This document shows positions 45,416-57,545 of a stretch of 64,000 bases of DNA, one piece after another. The notes beneath the pieces were generated by a model that saw only the letters and a program-made list of their open reading frames with translations, was not told the origin of the DNA and did no database searches. The position numbers were made by a program, and so were the translations under genes. The DNA lies in NCBI GenBank assembly GCA_013387215.1, contig WARW01000001.1, forward strand, positions 12,735-76,734, in the 5' to 3' direction. Source of the DNA: Patescibacteria group bacterium (GTDB lineage: Bacteria > Patescibacteriota > Microgenomatia > UBA12405). How positions within the stretch are numbered: position 1 is the first letter of the stretch; the number at the start of each line of letters is the position of its first letter.

Positions 45416-46634
45416 GGAAAACCTTATCGTTAACCCGGACTTTTTCTGAAACTTTAAAAGTGATAGAGTCGCCCTTAATGGCTCTATCACTTTTTTCGTC
45501 ATTAACCAACAAATCTTCAAATTTGCCCTTTAGCGTTCCTGTCGTTGGCCCGGTAATCATCAACTGATCTCCTTGTCTTATTTCAACATCATTATTTATT
45601 GTCATCAAAATAACTCCAATCTTGGGATAATAATGTTCAATTTGACCAATTAATTGTTTCTTTTCTGTGGCCATATTATTTTCCCCATTTGACCACTCTT
45701 CGATTTTCCTGCCCATATAATATCCGGTCGAAAAATTGCGGTTAAAAACTTTCTTTAAATTAAAAAGCCAAGTTGTAACTTTTTCCTGAGAATAATTTCC
45801 GTTTTCAATCGTCGTTAATGCTTCTTTGTAAGTTCTTATTACCGTATCAACATATTCAGGGCCACGGCCTCTGCCTTCAATTTTTAACACACTAATTCCG
45901 CTGGCAACTAATTTATCAAGCATTCCGATCGTACAAAGATCGCTTCGGCTCATCACAAAATTATTATCAATCACCAGTTCTTGATTTGTGTCCATATCAA
46001 TTACCTGATATTTTCTTCGGCAGACTTGGGTGCATTTGCCGCGGTTGGCCGACAAATTGTAATGATAAAGACTCATGGCGCATCGGCCGCTTTGAGCCAC
46101 ACACATCGCTCCATGTGCAAAAATTTCAATTTCTACCAACTTTCCGCTTGGTCCGCAAATATTTTCTTTCTTAATATCCTCAATAATTTTTTGGACTTGT
46201 TCTAAATCCAATTCGCGGGCTAAAACAATTCGGTCGGCAAACTTAGAAAAGAATCTGACCGATTCAGTGTTGGAAACAGACATTTGGGTGGAAATATGGA
46301 CTTCAACTCCAATTTTTCTAGCATATTCGATTACTGCCAAATCTGAAGCAATTATGGCGTCAATTCCATATAATTTGACTTGATCAATTATTTCTCTTAT
46401 CTTTTCTAGTTCCTGATTATAAACAACAGTATTTAAGGTAATGTAAGCTCTAATTTTATTTTCATGGCAAATATCAGCAATCTTTTTCAAATCGCTTATC
46501 TGAAAATTAATAGCCGCGCTTGCTCGCATATTCAAATCGCCTACGCCAAAATAAACCGCATCAGCACCGGCATTAATTGCCGTCATCAATGTTTCAAAAG
46601 AACCAGCAGGAGCTAATAATTCCACTTTTTTCAT
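45387..46634 (-). CDS. Peptidase U32 family protein (collagenase-like / RNA-modification-associated U32)
   Basis: N-terminal VELLAPAGSFETLMTAINAGADAVYFGV and Cys cluster CVAQSGRCAMS...C typical of U32. Confidence 0.7.
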   Translation of the reverse strand: MKKVELLAPAGSFETLMTAINAGADAVYFGVGDLNMRASAAINFQISDLKKIADICHENKIRAYITLNTVVYNQELEKIREIIDQVKLYGIDAIIASDLAVIEYARKIGVEVHISTQMSVSNTESVRFFSKFADRIVLARELDLEQVQKIIEDIKKENICGPSGKLVEIEIFAHGAMCVAQSGRCAMSLYHYNLSANRGKCTQVCRRKYQVIDMDTNQELVIDNNFVMSRSDLCTIGMLDKLVASGISVLKIEGRGRGPEYVDTVIRTYKEALTTIENGNYSQEKVTTWLFNLKKVFNRNFSTGYYMGRKIEEWSNGENNMATEKKQLIGQIEHYYPKIGVILMTINNDVEIRQGDQLMITGPTTGTLKGKFEDLLVNDEKSDRAIKGDSITFKVSEKVRVNDKVFLIYSSEKNE

Positions 46635-46652
46635 CCAAGGGATTATAGCAAA

Positions 46653-48185
46653 TTACTTCTCAATTAAACTTTCTCCTGTCATTTCTAATGGTTTTTCTAT
46701 TCCCATTAATTCCAAGATAGTGGGTGCTACATCTTTAAGTCCGCCGTTTGGCTTAAATTTAATTCCTTCCAAATCTTTACCCACCAAACTATAAATTACC
46801 GGGTTAAAGCCGTGGGAAGCATCAACTTCACCATTGGCATAAAGCATGTTTTCAGCATTGCCATGGTCTGCTCCAACAATAACATAATAATCATTTTCCA
46901 AAGCTTTACTGACAATTTTTCCAACCTGATTATCCACGACTTCACAGGCTTTTACTGCTGCTTCAAAAACACCGCTGTGACCAACTAAATCCGGATTGGC
47001 AAAGTTCACTAAAATAAAATCGTATTTACCCACATTCTCCAATACTTTTTCACACACTTCCGGTGCCGACATCTCAGGTTGCAAATCATAAGAAGGAACT
47101 TTAGGACTTGGCACCATAATTCTGTCTTCGCCCGAATACACTTTTTCCTGTTGTGAATTAAAGAAAAAAGTCACATGGGCATATTTTTCGGTTTCTGCCA
47201 CTCTTAAATCAGTTTTAAAATTATTTGCCAAAACTTCGGCTAAATTATTACTTATTTTTTCTTGTTCAAAAGCGACTGGCAAAGTCCATGATTCATCGTA
47301 ACGGCACATTCCTACATAATAAGGATTAATTTCACCCCAAAACTCTGCAGGGCACAGTTCAGTCTTTTCCATCATGGCTGTAATTTGTCTTGATCTGTCG
47401 GTTCTAAAATTAAACCACACAAATGAATCTTCATTTTTAATTAAAGCTACTGGCTTACCGTGTTCAACTATTACTGTCGGCTGCACATAATAATCAGTTT
47501 TATCGCCGCGCTCATACGCTTTTTCAATTGCTTCTTTAGCAGTTTGAGCAGTAAAACCAACACCTTTAGCCATTACCTCATAACCTTCTTTGGTTCTGTC
47601 CCAATTTGTATCTCTGTCCATTGTATAGTATCTACCTGCTACAGAGGCAATTTTTCCAACTCCGACTTCTTCGATTTTTTGATTTAATTTTTCCAAATAA
47701 TCAAGCGCACATTTTTCCGGAACATCTCTACCGTCTAAAACCAAATGAATAAAAACATTGTTCAGTTTATTTTCTTTAGCTAATTTCAAAAGAGAATACA
47801 AATGGTTTACGTCAGAATGAACGCCGGCATCAGAAAATAATCCGGCTAAGTGTAAAGAAGAATTGTTGCGTAAACAGTTATCAATTGCCGAAAGTAAAGC
47901 TCTATTTTCAAAAAAAGAACCGTTTTCAATTGCTTGATTAATTAGTTCTTGGGGTTGCCAAACCACTCTTCCAGCCCCCAAAGTTAAATGTCCAACTTCA
48001 CTGCCGCCTTGTGCTGATTCTGGATTACCAACCTCTCGACCGATACATTTTAAAAGGGAACTAGGGTAATTCTTAACATAATTTTCATGATTGGGAACGT
48101 GGGCGGCTTTAATTGCATTTCCTTTAACAATTGAACTCTCACCCCAGCCATCTCTAACAATTAGAATTACTCTTTTGTTTTTCAT
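46653..48185 (-). CDS. gpmI: 2,3-bisphosphoglycerate-independent phosphoglycerate mutase
   Basis: GGSEVGHLTLGAGR, LDGRDVPEK, VAETEKYAHVTFFF, NFANPDLVGHSG and ADHGNAE all match iPGM motifs. Confidence 0.85.
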   Translation of the reverse strand: MKNKRVILIVRDGWGESSIVKGNAIKAAHVPNHENYVKNYPSSLLKCIGREVGNPESAQGGSEVGHLTLGAGRVVWQPQELINQAIENGSFFENRALLSAIDNCLRNNSSLHLAGLFSDAGVHSDVNHLYSLLKLAKENKLNNVFIHLVLDGRDVPEKCALDYLEKLNQKIEEVGVGKIASVAGRYYTMDRDTNWDRTKEGYEVMAKGVGFTAQTAKEAIEKAYERGDKTDYYVQPTVIVEHGKPVALIKNEDSFVWFNFRTDRSRQITAMMEKTELCPAEFWGEINPYYVGMCRYDESWTLPVAFEQEKISNNLAEVLANNFKTDLRVAETEKYAHVTFFFNSQQEKVYSGEDRIMVPSPKVPSYDLQPEMSAPEVCEKVLENVGKYDFILVNFANPDLVGHSGVFEAAVKACEVVDNQVGKIVSKALENDYYVIVGADHGNAENMLYANGEVDASHGFNPVIYSLVGKDLEGIKFKPNGGLKDVAPTILELMGIEKPLEMTGESLIEK

Positions 48186-48507
48186 AGCTCTATTTTAGTC
48201 TGGCGCTTCATTTAAATCACTATTTTGATATTTAATATTATAAATGCTATACTCCGGCGTTCATTTATAATCGGACCTTAGGCAAAAAAAGAAAGGAAGT
48301 GAGTTTTATGATGCGTGATGATGAGAATCCAAGACCACCGTTGTTTTTGATTATCATATTTATCATTGTTATTGTCGGCATAATAATTAGCCCGTCGCCT
48401 TGGGGAAATTAGTAAAACATCAAAGCGATGTTAATTCGAAAGATAATCAACCGTTTATAAATATACGTACCTTGAAAAATGAAAATTATTTAATGGAGGT
48501 GATTTAA

Positions 48508-49068
48508 GTGGATAAATACATGGAAATGAAGGAACTAATATTATTGATTGATCCGCCTAACCGTTTTATTTGTTATCAAATTTTTCTTGATAACGAAACA
48601 CTTTTTAAACAGGCGCAAGGCTCTACTCATCTTCATCAAGCTTGGATGGGTGGCTATTATGATCATGTTTGCGAAGTTATGAACATCGCGGTGGTTCAAT
48701 ATGCCGGCTTATCAAGATTAAGACCTTTACCTTTTACCTTACCCGATGCACTTCTGGTGTTATTCTTTCACGATATCGAAAAACCATGGAAATATAAACT
48801 TGTCGACGGTCAAATTCAACAAGTCGAGGAACTAAAAGACAAAAAAGCTCAGCGCGAATATCGTGACAGAAAACTAAAAGAATATGGAATAATTTTGACT
48901 CCAGCACAGCTTAATGGTCTAGAATACACAGAAGGGGAACTTCATAACTATAGTAATACCCAAAGAACGATGAATGGGCTTGCCGCTTTTTGCCATACCT
49001 GCGATGTCATATCAGCACGTATTTGGTACGATTATCCTAAACGTGACTCTTGGCTTAACGCTAAATAA
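48508..49068 (+). CDS. HD-domain phosphohydrolase-like protein
   Basis: H...HD pattern (HLHQAWMGGYYDH..., LLVLFFHDIEKPW). Confidence 0.4.
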   Translation: MDKYMEMKELILLIDPPNRFICYQIFLDNETLFKQAQGSTHLHQAWMGGYYDHVCEVMNIAVVQYAGLSRLRPLPFTLPDALLVLFFHDIEKPWKYKLVDGQIQQVEELKDKKAQREYRDRKLKEYGIILTPAQLNGLEYTEGELHNYSNTQRTMNGLAAFCHTCDVISARIWYDYPKRDSWLNAK

Positions 49069-49159
49069 TTTTCGTTTTGTACTTTTACAATTCGGGGTCA
49101 TGAAATAGCTAAATTACATAACTACCGTCGACTTAGTTAGATTTGTCGAAAATGTATTA

Positions 49160-49564
49160 ATGAAAGGAAGAGATTTCATGATTAAATTTAAAATTTTTCT
49201 CAAAAAAATTTCCAGGATTTTACTCCAAACCCTAATTATTTTAATTGTAATTGGAGTTATTTGCGGCACTTATTATGTCGTCTTTCCACGTTGCTATGAA
49301 ACTCCAACGACAATCGTTGGGATAATTGATGATCGAGTCATCAACGAACCCAACAAAGACCTCATGATAATAATTTTTACGCCGGAAAATAATACTGTAG
49401 CTCTAAAAAACAACGATGCATCAGGACAAGATAAAAAATATCAGCAAAATAATTACAAAGAAATTTCTCAACTGGAAGTTGGTAAAACTTACGTTTTTAA
49501 AGTTTTCCGTTCTTTCAAAACTAAGGAGCTTCGCATCATTGATTATTCTTTAGCCTTTAAATAA
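49160..49564 (+). CDS. Hypothetical membrane-anchored protein
   Basis: N-terminal TM (LLQTLIILIVIGVICGTYYVVF). Confidence 0.35.
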   Translation: MKGRDFMIKFKIFLKKISRILLQTLIILIVIGVICGTYYVVFPRCYETPTTIVGIIDDRVINEPNKDLMIIIFTPENNTVALKNNDASGQDKKYQQNNYKEISQLEVGKTYVFKVFRSFKTKELRIIDYSLAFK

Positions 49565-49624
49565 ACCCCGGATTGTCGGCTCGTCATGAATGACAAAATC
49601 TTTCACGGCGAGCCTTTTTTTTGT

Positions 49625-50890
49625 TTAATTTTTTAATTCTTCTTCAATTCTCATCAATCGATTATATTTACAAACTCTTTCGCCTCTGGTTGGCCCGACT
49701 TTAATATATGCCGATCCTACGGCCACAGCTAAATCCACTAAAAATGTATCATTGGTTTCACCGCCGCCTCGATGGCTAGGCATGGTCATCAAATTATGTT
49801 CTCGGGCAAGTAAACAACAGTCAACAGTTTCAGTTAAAGTTCCAGCCTGATTTAATTTAATCAAAATTGCAGTGGCTGCCTTCATTTCAATCGCTTTTTT
49901 CCACAGATTAGTGTTTGTGACAGTCAAATCATCGGCAATTAATGGAAATTTTCCGCCGATTGCTTCAACAATTTTTGGCCAGTTGTCCCAATCAAATTCC
50001 GACAACATATCTTCCATGGTGGCAATTGGATATTTTTCAATCCATGGTTTGTAGTAGGCAATTAGTTCTTCAGATGTTAATTCTTTACCTTCCAATTTCA
50101 AATTATATTTTTTGGTTTCTTCACTGTAAAACTCAGAAGCAGCCGCATCAATACCAACACCTGCATCAACCCCTGGTTTATATCCTGCATTAGTAATAGC
50201 TTGGACTAAATATTCAATTGGTTTTTCGTTACTGGATATTCCATTTGGTGCAAAAGCGCCTTCATTGCCGACATTAGTTGATAATTTTTCAGCTTTTAAA
50301 ATTTTCTTTAAAGCGTCATAAATTTCCATTTCCATTCTTACGTTTTCTGCAGCCGATTTGTTGCCCATGGCACCAATCATAAATTCCTGTAAATCGGTAG
50401 TATCATCGGCATGTTTGCCGCCTTCGATCATCACAATCATTGGCTTAGGTAATACCCAGCCAATTTCGCCAATTCCGTAAACTTTTCTCAAATATTTATA
50501 AAGTGGCATGTTTTCCTCGCATGCCTCTGCTCTTGCTACTGCTAAAGAAACTCCTAACATGGCATTTCCGCCCAAGATTGCCTTATTAATAGTTCCGTCT
50601 AAATCAATCATTTTTTGATCAACAGTTCTCTGTTCTGCAGCTTCCATTCCAATTAAAGCCTCTTTGATTTTAGTATTGATATTCGCGATTGCATTTAACA
50701 TTCCTTTGCCGTTATAACGGGTTTTATCTCCATCCAATAAAACCGTAGCTTCTTTTGATCCGGCCGATGCTCCATATGAAACTGATGCTTCTCCTGTCAC
50801 TCCCGATTCCAAAGTTACTGTAACTTCCAAGCTTGGTGCTCCACCGCTGGCTAATATTTCTCGAGCAAAAATGTTTTTTATTTTTGACAT
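49625..50890 (-). CDS. eno: Enolase (phosphopyruvate hydratase)
   Basis: SHRGGGETNDTFLVDLAVA, metal-binding and active-site segments, 421 aa. Confidence 0.9.
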   Translation of the reverse strand: MSKIKNIFAREILASGGAPSLEVTVTLESGVTGEASVSYGASAGSKEATVLLDGDKTRYNGKGMLNAIANINTKIKEALIGMEAAEQRTVDQKMIDLDGTINKAILGGNAMLGVSLAVARAEACEENMPLYKYLRKVYGIGEIGWVLPKPMIVMIEGGKHADDTTDLQEFMIGAMGNKSAAENVRMEMEIYDALKKILKAEKLSTNVGNEGAFAPNGISSNEKPIEYLVQAITNAGYKPGVDAGVGIDAAASEFYSEETKKYNLKLEGKELTSEELIAYYKPWIEKYPIATMEDMLSEFDWDNWPKIVEAIGGKFPLIADDLTVTNTNLWKKAIEMKAATAILIKLNQAGTLTETVDCCLLAREHNLMTMPSHRGGGETNDTFLVDLAVAVGSAYIKVGPTRGERVCKYNRLMRIEEELKN

Positions 50891-50933
50891 TCTTATTTTT
50901 AATCAATAACTTGTCTATTGCCCTTTTATATTA

Positions 50934-51449
50934 TCACTTGATCACTTTATAGCGAAGCTGAACAATATTGTCTGTTAGCTTTTTTGTTTCCATAAATTCC
51001 AGTTTCAAATCAAAATCTTGCGGTGAAAATATTGGTAACCCTTTGCCGATTAGAACCGGTTCAATATTAAAAATAATTTCATCTATCAAATTATCTTTAG
51101 CAAAAGAACTATTATTAATTGCTCCTCCACACAAAATTACTTCTTTGTAACCCATCTTTTCTAAAATTTCCAAAGCTCCTTGGGGTGAGTTAGCTAATTC
51201 GCAGCCTGTATCCAATTCAAATTTTTGATTTGAAACAATGACTTTTCTAACTTCTTTAATTTGATCCAAATAATTTTTATCCCAAGTTTTTACCACTTCA
51301 AAAGTTTTCCTTCCCCAAATCAAACACCCTGTCTTTCGGGTTAATTTCACAAAAGTTTCCCAGCTGTCGTCGGAAATAAAATCTTCATCATTATTCTCTC
51401 TGGCAACAATCCCATTTAAAGACATTGCCATAAAAAGTGTAGTCTTCAT
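50934..51449 (-). CDS. Dihydrofolate-reductase-like protein (RibD C-terminal domain family)
   Basis: MSLNGIVAREN...WGRKTF...ILCGGAINN pattern of DHFR/RibD_C reductases. Confidence 0.55.
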   Translation of the reverse strand: MKTTLFMAMSLNGIVARENNDEDFISDDSWETFVKLTRKTGCLIWGRKTFEVVKTWDKNYLDQIKEVRKVIVSNQKFELDTGCELANSPQGALEILEKMGYKEVILCGGAINNSSFAKDNLIDEIIFNIEPVLIGKGLPIFSPQDFDLKLEFMETKKLTDNIVQLRYKVIK

Positions 51450-52297
51450 TTATTTATATTTAAAATTTTTTTAATAACCTTTTTAATTCTAATATCTTTG
51501 AATTGTTCAAGCATATCTTTTATAGACAATTTATTTTTTACAAACAAATCAGCATATCCAGTTTTATTTATAGAGCAGATTTTATCAATTTTATTTTTAC
51601 TTAAAGCCCGGTAAATATAAAACCAATCATTAATAAAAAAGATTTTTCCATATATTTTTTTAAGACAATCCATCATCTGTTTTGAATTCATTTTGGCTTG
51701 TTTATAAGCCTCAGGCCAATATTCAAAAAATATAATTGGTTTATGTTTTTTAATTATATTTTTGCCTCCGGCAATTACTCCTGGCTCATGTCCCTGAGTA
51801 TCAATTTTTATAAAATCCACCCTATCAGTTCCTAAAAATTGATCCAAGGTTTTACAATTGACTCTAATTTTTTTTCTATTTTTATTATCTGAAAATAATC
51901 GGTGATCGCCATAATTTTCTTCCGATATAAAAAAATCGACTCTGCCGGATTTGTTGCTCAAAGCCGCTTGAACCGCAGTTACATTTTTCAAATTATTTTC
52001 TTCGATATTTTTTTTCAAAATCGAAAAATTGGTTGGATCTGGTTCGAATGCAAATACTCGACCTTTTTCTCCGACTTTATCGGCAAAAAGAATAGTATTA
52101 AAACCGATGTTCGCCCCCACATCCACCACCACATTTCCTTTTTTTATATTTCTAAGCATCAATTCAGTCTCATATGGTTCATATTTTTCTAAAGCCACTC
52201 TTTGCCCCACATATTTATCGTCTTCAAGATAAAAGAAAGTAAACTTGCCCCCAAGCACTTTTGATTTTGTTAAAATACTATTAGTCATTATTTCCAA
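51446..52297 (-). CDS. FkbM-family SAM-dependent methyltransferase
   Basis: VVDVGANIGFNTILFA (SAM motif I), FAFEPDPTNF. Confidence 0.65.
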   Translation of the reverse strand: MEIMTNSILTKSKVLGGKFTFFYLEDDKYVGQRVALEKYEPYETELMLRNIKKGNVVVDVGANIGFNTILFADKVGEKGRVFAFEPDPTNFSILKKNIEENNLKNVTAVQAALSNKSGRVDFFISEENYGDHRLFSDNKNRKKIRVNCKTLDQFLGTDRVDFIKIDTQGHEPGVIAGGKNIIKKHKPIIFFEYWPEAYKQAKMNSKQMMDCLKKIYGKIFFINDWFYIYRALSKNKIDKICSINKTGYADLFVKNKLSIKDMLEQFKDIRIKKVIKKILNINK

Positions 52298-52409
52298 TAT
52301 TTTAACAGTTCTCTTGCCCCCATCGTTGACCTCTTGACGCCAACTTTACTATTGCTAAAATATTAGCAGTCTCACTCGTTGAGTGATAATTATTAATTAA
52401 GCTTAAGCC

Positions 52410-52712
52410 ATGTCAGACACACAAACCAAAATCCATCCCGCCCCAGGTTACATTTTAGTCAAACCTCAAAAGAAAGAAACTACCACAGCTTCGGGAATAG
52501 TTTTACCATCAACCCACGAAGAAAAACCTCAGCAAGGTGTAGTTTTAGCAGTTGGGGGAGAGATGATTACTGATTTTGGCACCAAAAAAGATTCACCATG
52601 CCAAAAAGGGGACATTGTTATTTACCGCGAATGGGGTGGCAAAGAATATAAGGAAAACGACGCTGAACTTTTAATCCTAAAGTTCGACGATATTATGGCA
52701 TTAGTTAAATAA
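52410..52712 (+). CDS. groES: Co-chaperonin GroES
   Basis: IHPAPGYILVKP...ASGIVLP...GVVLAVG pattern. 100 aa. Immediately upstream of groEL. Confidence 0.9.
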   Translation: MSDTQTKIHPAPGYILVKPQKKETTTASGIVLPSTHEEKPQQGVVLAVGGEMITDFGTKKDSPCQKGDIVIYREWGGKEYKENDAELLILKFDDIMALVK

Positions 52713-52715
52713 TAG

Positions 52716-54395
<1,680 letters not shown>

Positions 54396-54418
54396 ATCAC
54401 TCAAAAAAAATAATAAAA

Positions 54419-54447
54419 AACCCTTCGAGAAATCGGAGGGTTTTTGT
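54419..54447 (+). terminator. Rho-independent terminator after groEL (may act bidirectionally)
   Basis: cccttcgagaaatcggaggg followed by tttttgttt. Confidence 0.65.
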
Positions 54448-54957
54448 TTAATGTTTGTTAAACTCTGCTAAAATCACTTTAAACCAAAATGTGTATTTAT
54501 CAGGATTTTCTAAAACATCTTTATTAAGCTCAATCATCGAAATCCATTTCCAACTCTCAGCTTCTTCTTTATTAATTTTTGGTTCCAAATTGTAATTACC
54601 CACAAACACATGATCATGTTCATTTTCGGTCAAATCATGATCTAGTGGGGCTGTGTAATTGAATGAAAATTTTTCTCTTAACTCGCAGTCGAACCCCATT
54701 TCTTCTTGAAGTCTTCGGTGAGCTGCTGCTTCTGTTTCTTCGCCAGGTCGGGGATGGCTGCAGCAAGTATTTGTCCAAAGTCCGCCGCAATGATATTTAC
54801 TCAATGCTCTTTGCTGAAGCATTAATTCGTTTTTATCATTGAAAATTAAAATCGAAAAAGCTCGGTGCCTTTTACCGCCATTTTGGTGGGCCGCTATTTT
54901 TTCTTCAACTCCAATTTGATTATCATTGTCATCAACAAGAATTACGTTTTCTGTCAT
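54448..54957 (-). CDS. idi: Isopentenyl-diphosphate delta-isomerase type 1 (Nudix fold)
   Basis: HRAFSILIFNDKNELMLQQRALSK..GLWTNTCCSHPRPGE...E..AAHRRLQEEMG matches the E. coli Idi motifs (WTNSVCGHP, catalytic Cys/Glu). Confidence 0.75.
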   Translation of the reverse strand: MTENVILVDDNDNQIGVEEKIAAHQNGGKRHRAFSILIFNDKNELMLQQRALSKYHCGGLWTNTCCSHPRPGEETEAAAHRRLQEEMGFDCELREKFSFNYTAPLDHDLTENEHDHVFVGNYNLEPKINKEEAESWKWISMIELNKDVLENPDKYTFWFKVILAEFNKH

Positions 54958-55050
54958 GTTAATAAAGTCGTAAATGTTAAAAAATTCATTCCTTTTTTAA
55001 TTATATAATTAGCTTTAATATTTGATAAAATAAGCTTACTTTGAAAATCT

Positions 55051-55121
55051 GACGCGGTAGTCAAGCGGTTAGACAGCGGTCTGCAAAACCGTATAGATGG
55101 GTTCAACTCCCATCCGCGTCT
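55051..55121 (+). tRNA. tRNA-Cys (anticodon GCA)
   Basis: GACGCGGTAGTCAAGCGGTTAGACAGCGGTCTGCAAAACCGTATAGATGGGTTCAACTCCCATCCGCGTCT. Anticodon loop CTGCAAA. Confidence 0.7.
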
Positions 55122-55126
55122 CAAAT

Positions 55127-55516
55127 TTATTTAGTCCAAATTTCTCCGACCCTTCCATATTCTTTTCTGGCAGGCCACACCTTGCCCACTTCTTGCCTAA
55201 TAGCTCCTCCTAATACTCTTGCCTCTGGTTTAACTTCTGCCCTAGAAACAAGTTCAGAAAATATTTCAAAAAAATCTTTTTCTATTTTTTCGTTGATTTC
55301 CCAATTTTCTCCCGTAAAAAATTTAATGTCTCCAGTCGGATCAATCACTCCTCTTAATTCTTTTTCAATAAAATCTTTTGCTTTATTTTCAGAAAATCCG
55401 AAATCTAAAAGCCAATCAAAATGACAGCCGCCATAGCCGCGATCAGCTAATACCAACTTTTTATCAATCATAAAAAACATTCTTCTGGCTTGATGATATG
55501 CTTTTTCTTTATTCAT
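55127..55516 (-). CDS. Hypothetical protein
   Basis: ORF with no recognised domain. Confidence 0.35.
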   Translation of the reverse strand: MNKEKAYHQARRMFFMIDKKLVLADRGYGGCHFDWLLDFGFSENKAKDFIEKELRGVIDPTGDIKFFTGENWEINEKIEKDFFEIFSELVSRAEVKPEARVLGGAIRQEVGKVWPARKEYGRVGEIWTK

Positions 55517-55640
55517 TCGTTGCTAATTATACATTATAAAATCTATCTATTGATTTAATATACTTCTGTACTATAATCCCGATAGTTAGAGCAATTCAAC
55601 GCTGCGTTGATTTATTTGCACTTTCCAAATTTGAAAGGAG

Positions 55641-55877
55641 TTGTTCGTTGTGAACAAAGACATTTTATTGCCGTTATTCTTCAGAGGAAGAGCCAAAGTT
55701 TGGTTTTTAACAATACTGATTGAAGTCCTTCTGGGCATCACTTTATTTTTCCCTGAGCATACAGCTGACAAAATTATATGCATGTCGATATTTTTTATTG
55801 CTATGATGTCTTACCTTTTATTTTTCACTTCTGGTATTAAAAAGCTAAATCAGCTAAAAGATAAAAAATCTAGATAA
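55641..55877 (+). CDS. Small membrane protein (2 TM)
   Basis: ORF with two hydrophobic helices, followed by a hairpin/T-run at about 55899-55950. Confidence 0.35.
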   Translation: MFVVNKDILLPLFFRGRAKVWFLTILIEVLLGITLFFPEHTADKIICMSIFFIAMMSYLLFFTSGIKKLNQLKDKKSR

Positions 55878-56021
55878 ACAGAAGCCAAAACCAAAACCGT
55901 CAGGTCTATGTAAAATTTATTTTTACATTTATCTGCCGGTTTTTTTTATTGTTAAATTTCAAAAATTTGAGCCATTAACGCATATTTAGTTTGAATATTT
56001 TGAGATGTACAATGTTTCCAT

Positions 56022-56702
56022 ATGTCAAAACAGAGGCAGCCAATTGTTGGTTTTGTCGGTCCCATGAATGCCCGAAAAACTTTATTATTGCTTGACCATA
56101 TATTTGCTGCCGAAGCTGTGGGAGAAACTGTATTAGTCTATAAGCCTCAAGTCGACGATCGTTTTGGAGTTGGCATCGTCAGGTCTCGTTGTGGTGGCAC
56201 TCACGAAGCCATTCCTGTTCCAGAGTCACCTCAGGGTGAATTAAAAGCTCAATCCAGCTTTATTTTGGATGATATTTTAAAAAATAATAAAAAACCCACT
56301 TTGGTAGCCATCGATGAAGTTATGATGTTTGATGATGACATTGCTGAAGTAGTTGTCAGTCTTAGTGAGGCTGGAATTCAAGTTGCTTACGCCGGTTTAA
56401 ATATGAATTATCGTGGAGAACCATTTTCCAGTGGCATAAAAGAATTAATGTCGATTTCTACTCGATTAGAAGTATTATCTGCCAGATGCACTTATTCTCA
56501 TGATGGCATTCACAAATGTGGAGCTCCGGCAACAATGACTCAGCGTTTAAAAAATGGAGAACCAGATTCTTATGATAGCCCTTTAATTGTTATCGAAAAG
56601 TTTGCCACGGAAGATCAAAAACCAGTCTTTACTTATGAAGCTAGATGTTTAACTCATTGGTCAATTTCCGGAACTCGTCCCCAAAAAACTACTCTCCCAT
56701 AA
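56022..56702 (+). CDS. tdk: Thymidine kinase-like protein
   Basis: P-loop IVGFVGPMNARKT, DDRFG, Walker B LVAIDEVMMFDD, C-terminal Cys/His zinc-ribbon-like region. Confidence 0.55.
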   Translation: MSKQRQPIVGFVGPMNARKTLLLLDHIFAAEAVGETVLVYKPQVDDRFGVGIVRSRCGGTHEAIPVPESPQGELKAQSSFILDDILKNNKKPTLVAIDEVMMFDDDIAEVVVSLSEAGIQVAYAGLNMNYRGEPFSSGIKELMSISTRLEVLSARCTYSHDGIHKCGAPATMTQRLKNGEPDSYDSPLIVIEKFATEDQKPVFTYEARCLTHWSISGTRPQKTTLP

Positions 56703-57144
56703 CTTGGATAATTATTTTTCTTTGTCTTGAACAATCCAATTCAATGGCAAACACTCTTTGCCAAGTTCCAAGCATTAATTTTCCCTCGATTATCGGAATT
56801 GTTTCTGAGTTTCTCATCAAAAGGTGAGTACAGTGCGAATGTCCATTTAAGCAATCAGAAGCTCCCGACTGACAGACTAAATTTTCAGTTCTGATACTCA
56901 AATCGTTGTGACGATAATATGAATCTTTTGGAATTATTTTTTTAAGCAAATCTTTAAAATCTTCAAAAAATCCTTTTTCTTTTTCATTAATGCAAATTGC
57001 TTGAGTGGTATGCATTGAATAAATCAGCACTGATCCATTTTTAACTCCTGATTCTTTTACGGCTGTTTCCACTTCTGATGAAATATCTTTAAATTCTAAA
57101 AAATCATTGCTTTTAATCGACAGGGTTTTGTTATGAACTTTCAT
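56689..57144 (-). CDS. YjbQ/UPF0047 family protein
   Basis: SVLIYSMHTTQAICINE...DSYYRHND...GHSHCTHLL pattern of the YjbQ family. Confidence 0.55.
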   Translation of the reverse strand: MKVHNKTLSIKSNDFLEFKDISSEVETAVKESGVKNGSVLIYSMHTTQAICINEKEKGFFEDFKDLLKKIIPKDSYYRHNDLSIRTENLVCQSGASDCLNGHSHCTHLLMRNSETIPIIEGKLMLGTWQRVFAIELDCSRQRKIIIQVMGE

Positions 57145-57203
57145 AAATAAAATAAATATTTGGTACTAATTAAGTCGCCAAATACTCTTTTATCATGCTG
57201 ATT

Positions 57204-57545
57204 TTATTTTTTTTTGAAAGCCCGATAAGTCCAATATCCCAAATACAAAAATACCAAAGTTTCCATACCAATAACTACTGCAAAAACCATTCCTACCGAG
57301 TTAATCATAAATCCATACCTATGAATATCCCAAATTATTCTGGCGCTGATATATCCAAAAATGGGCATAAAAATTGTGCCGGATAATAAAAATATTTGAG
57401 ATTTATCTTTTTCTCTAGCTAGATTTTTTATAGTCAGTAATGGTTGATTTAAAAGATTATATATATTGCAGATTAATTTCCAGGTCTGTCTAAAAAAAAT
57501 TAAAATCGATAATTGAAAAATTTTTTCGATTCTTTTTTTAATCAT
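57204..57545 (-). CDS. Membrane protein, putative anti-sigma factor. Overlaps the ECF sigma gene by 8 nt.
   Basis: Two or three TM helices. Genetic coupling to the sigma factor. Confidence 0.35.
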   Translation of the reverse strand: MIKKRIEKIFQLSILIFFRQTWKLICNIYNLLNQPLLTIKNLAREKDKSQIFLLSGTIFMPIFGYISARIIWDIHRYGFMINSVGMVFAVVIGMETLVFLYLGYWTYRAFKKK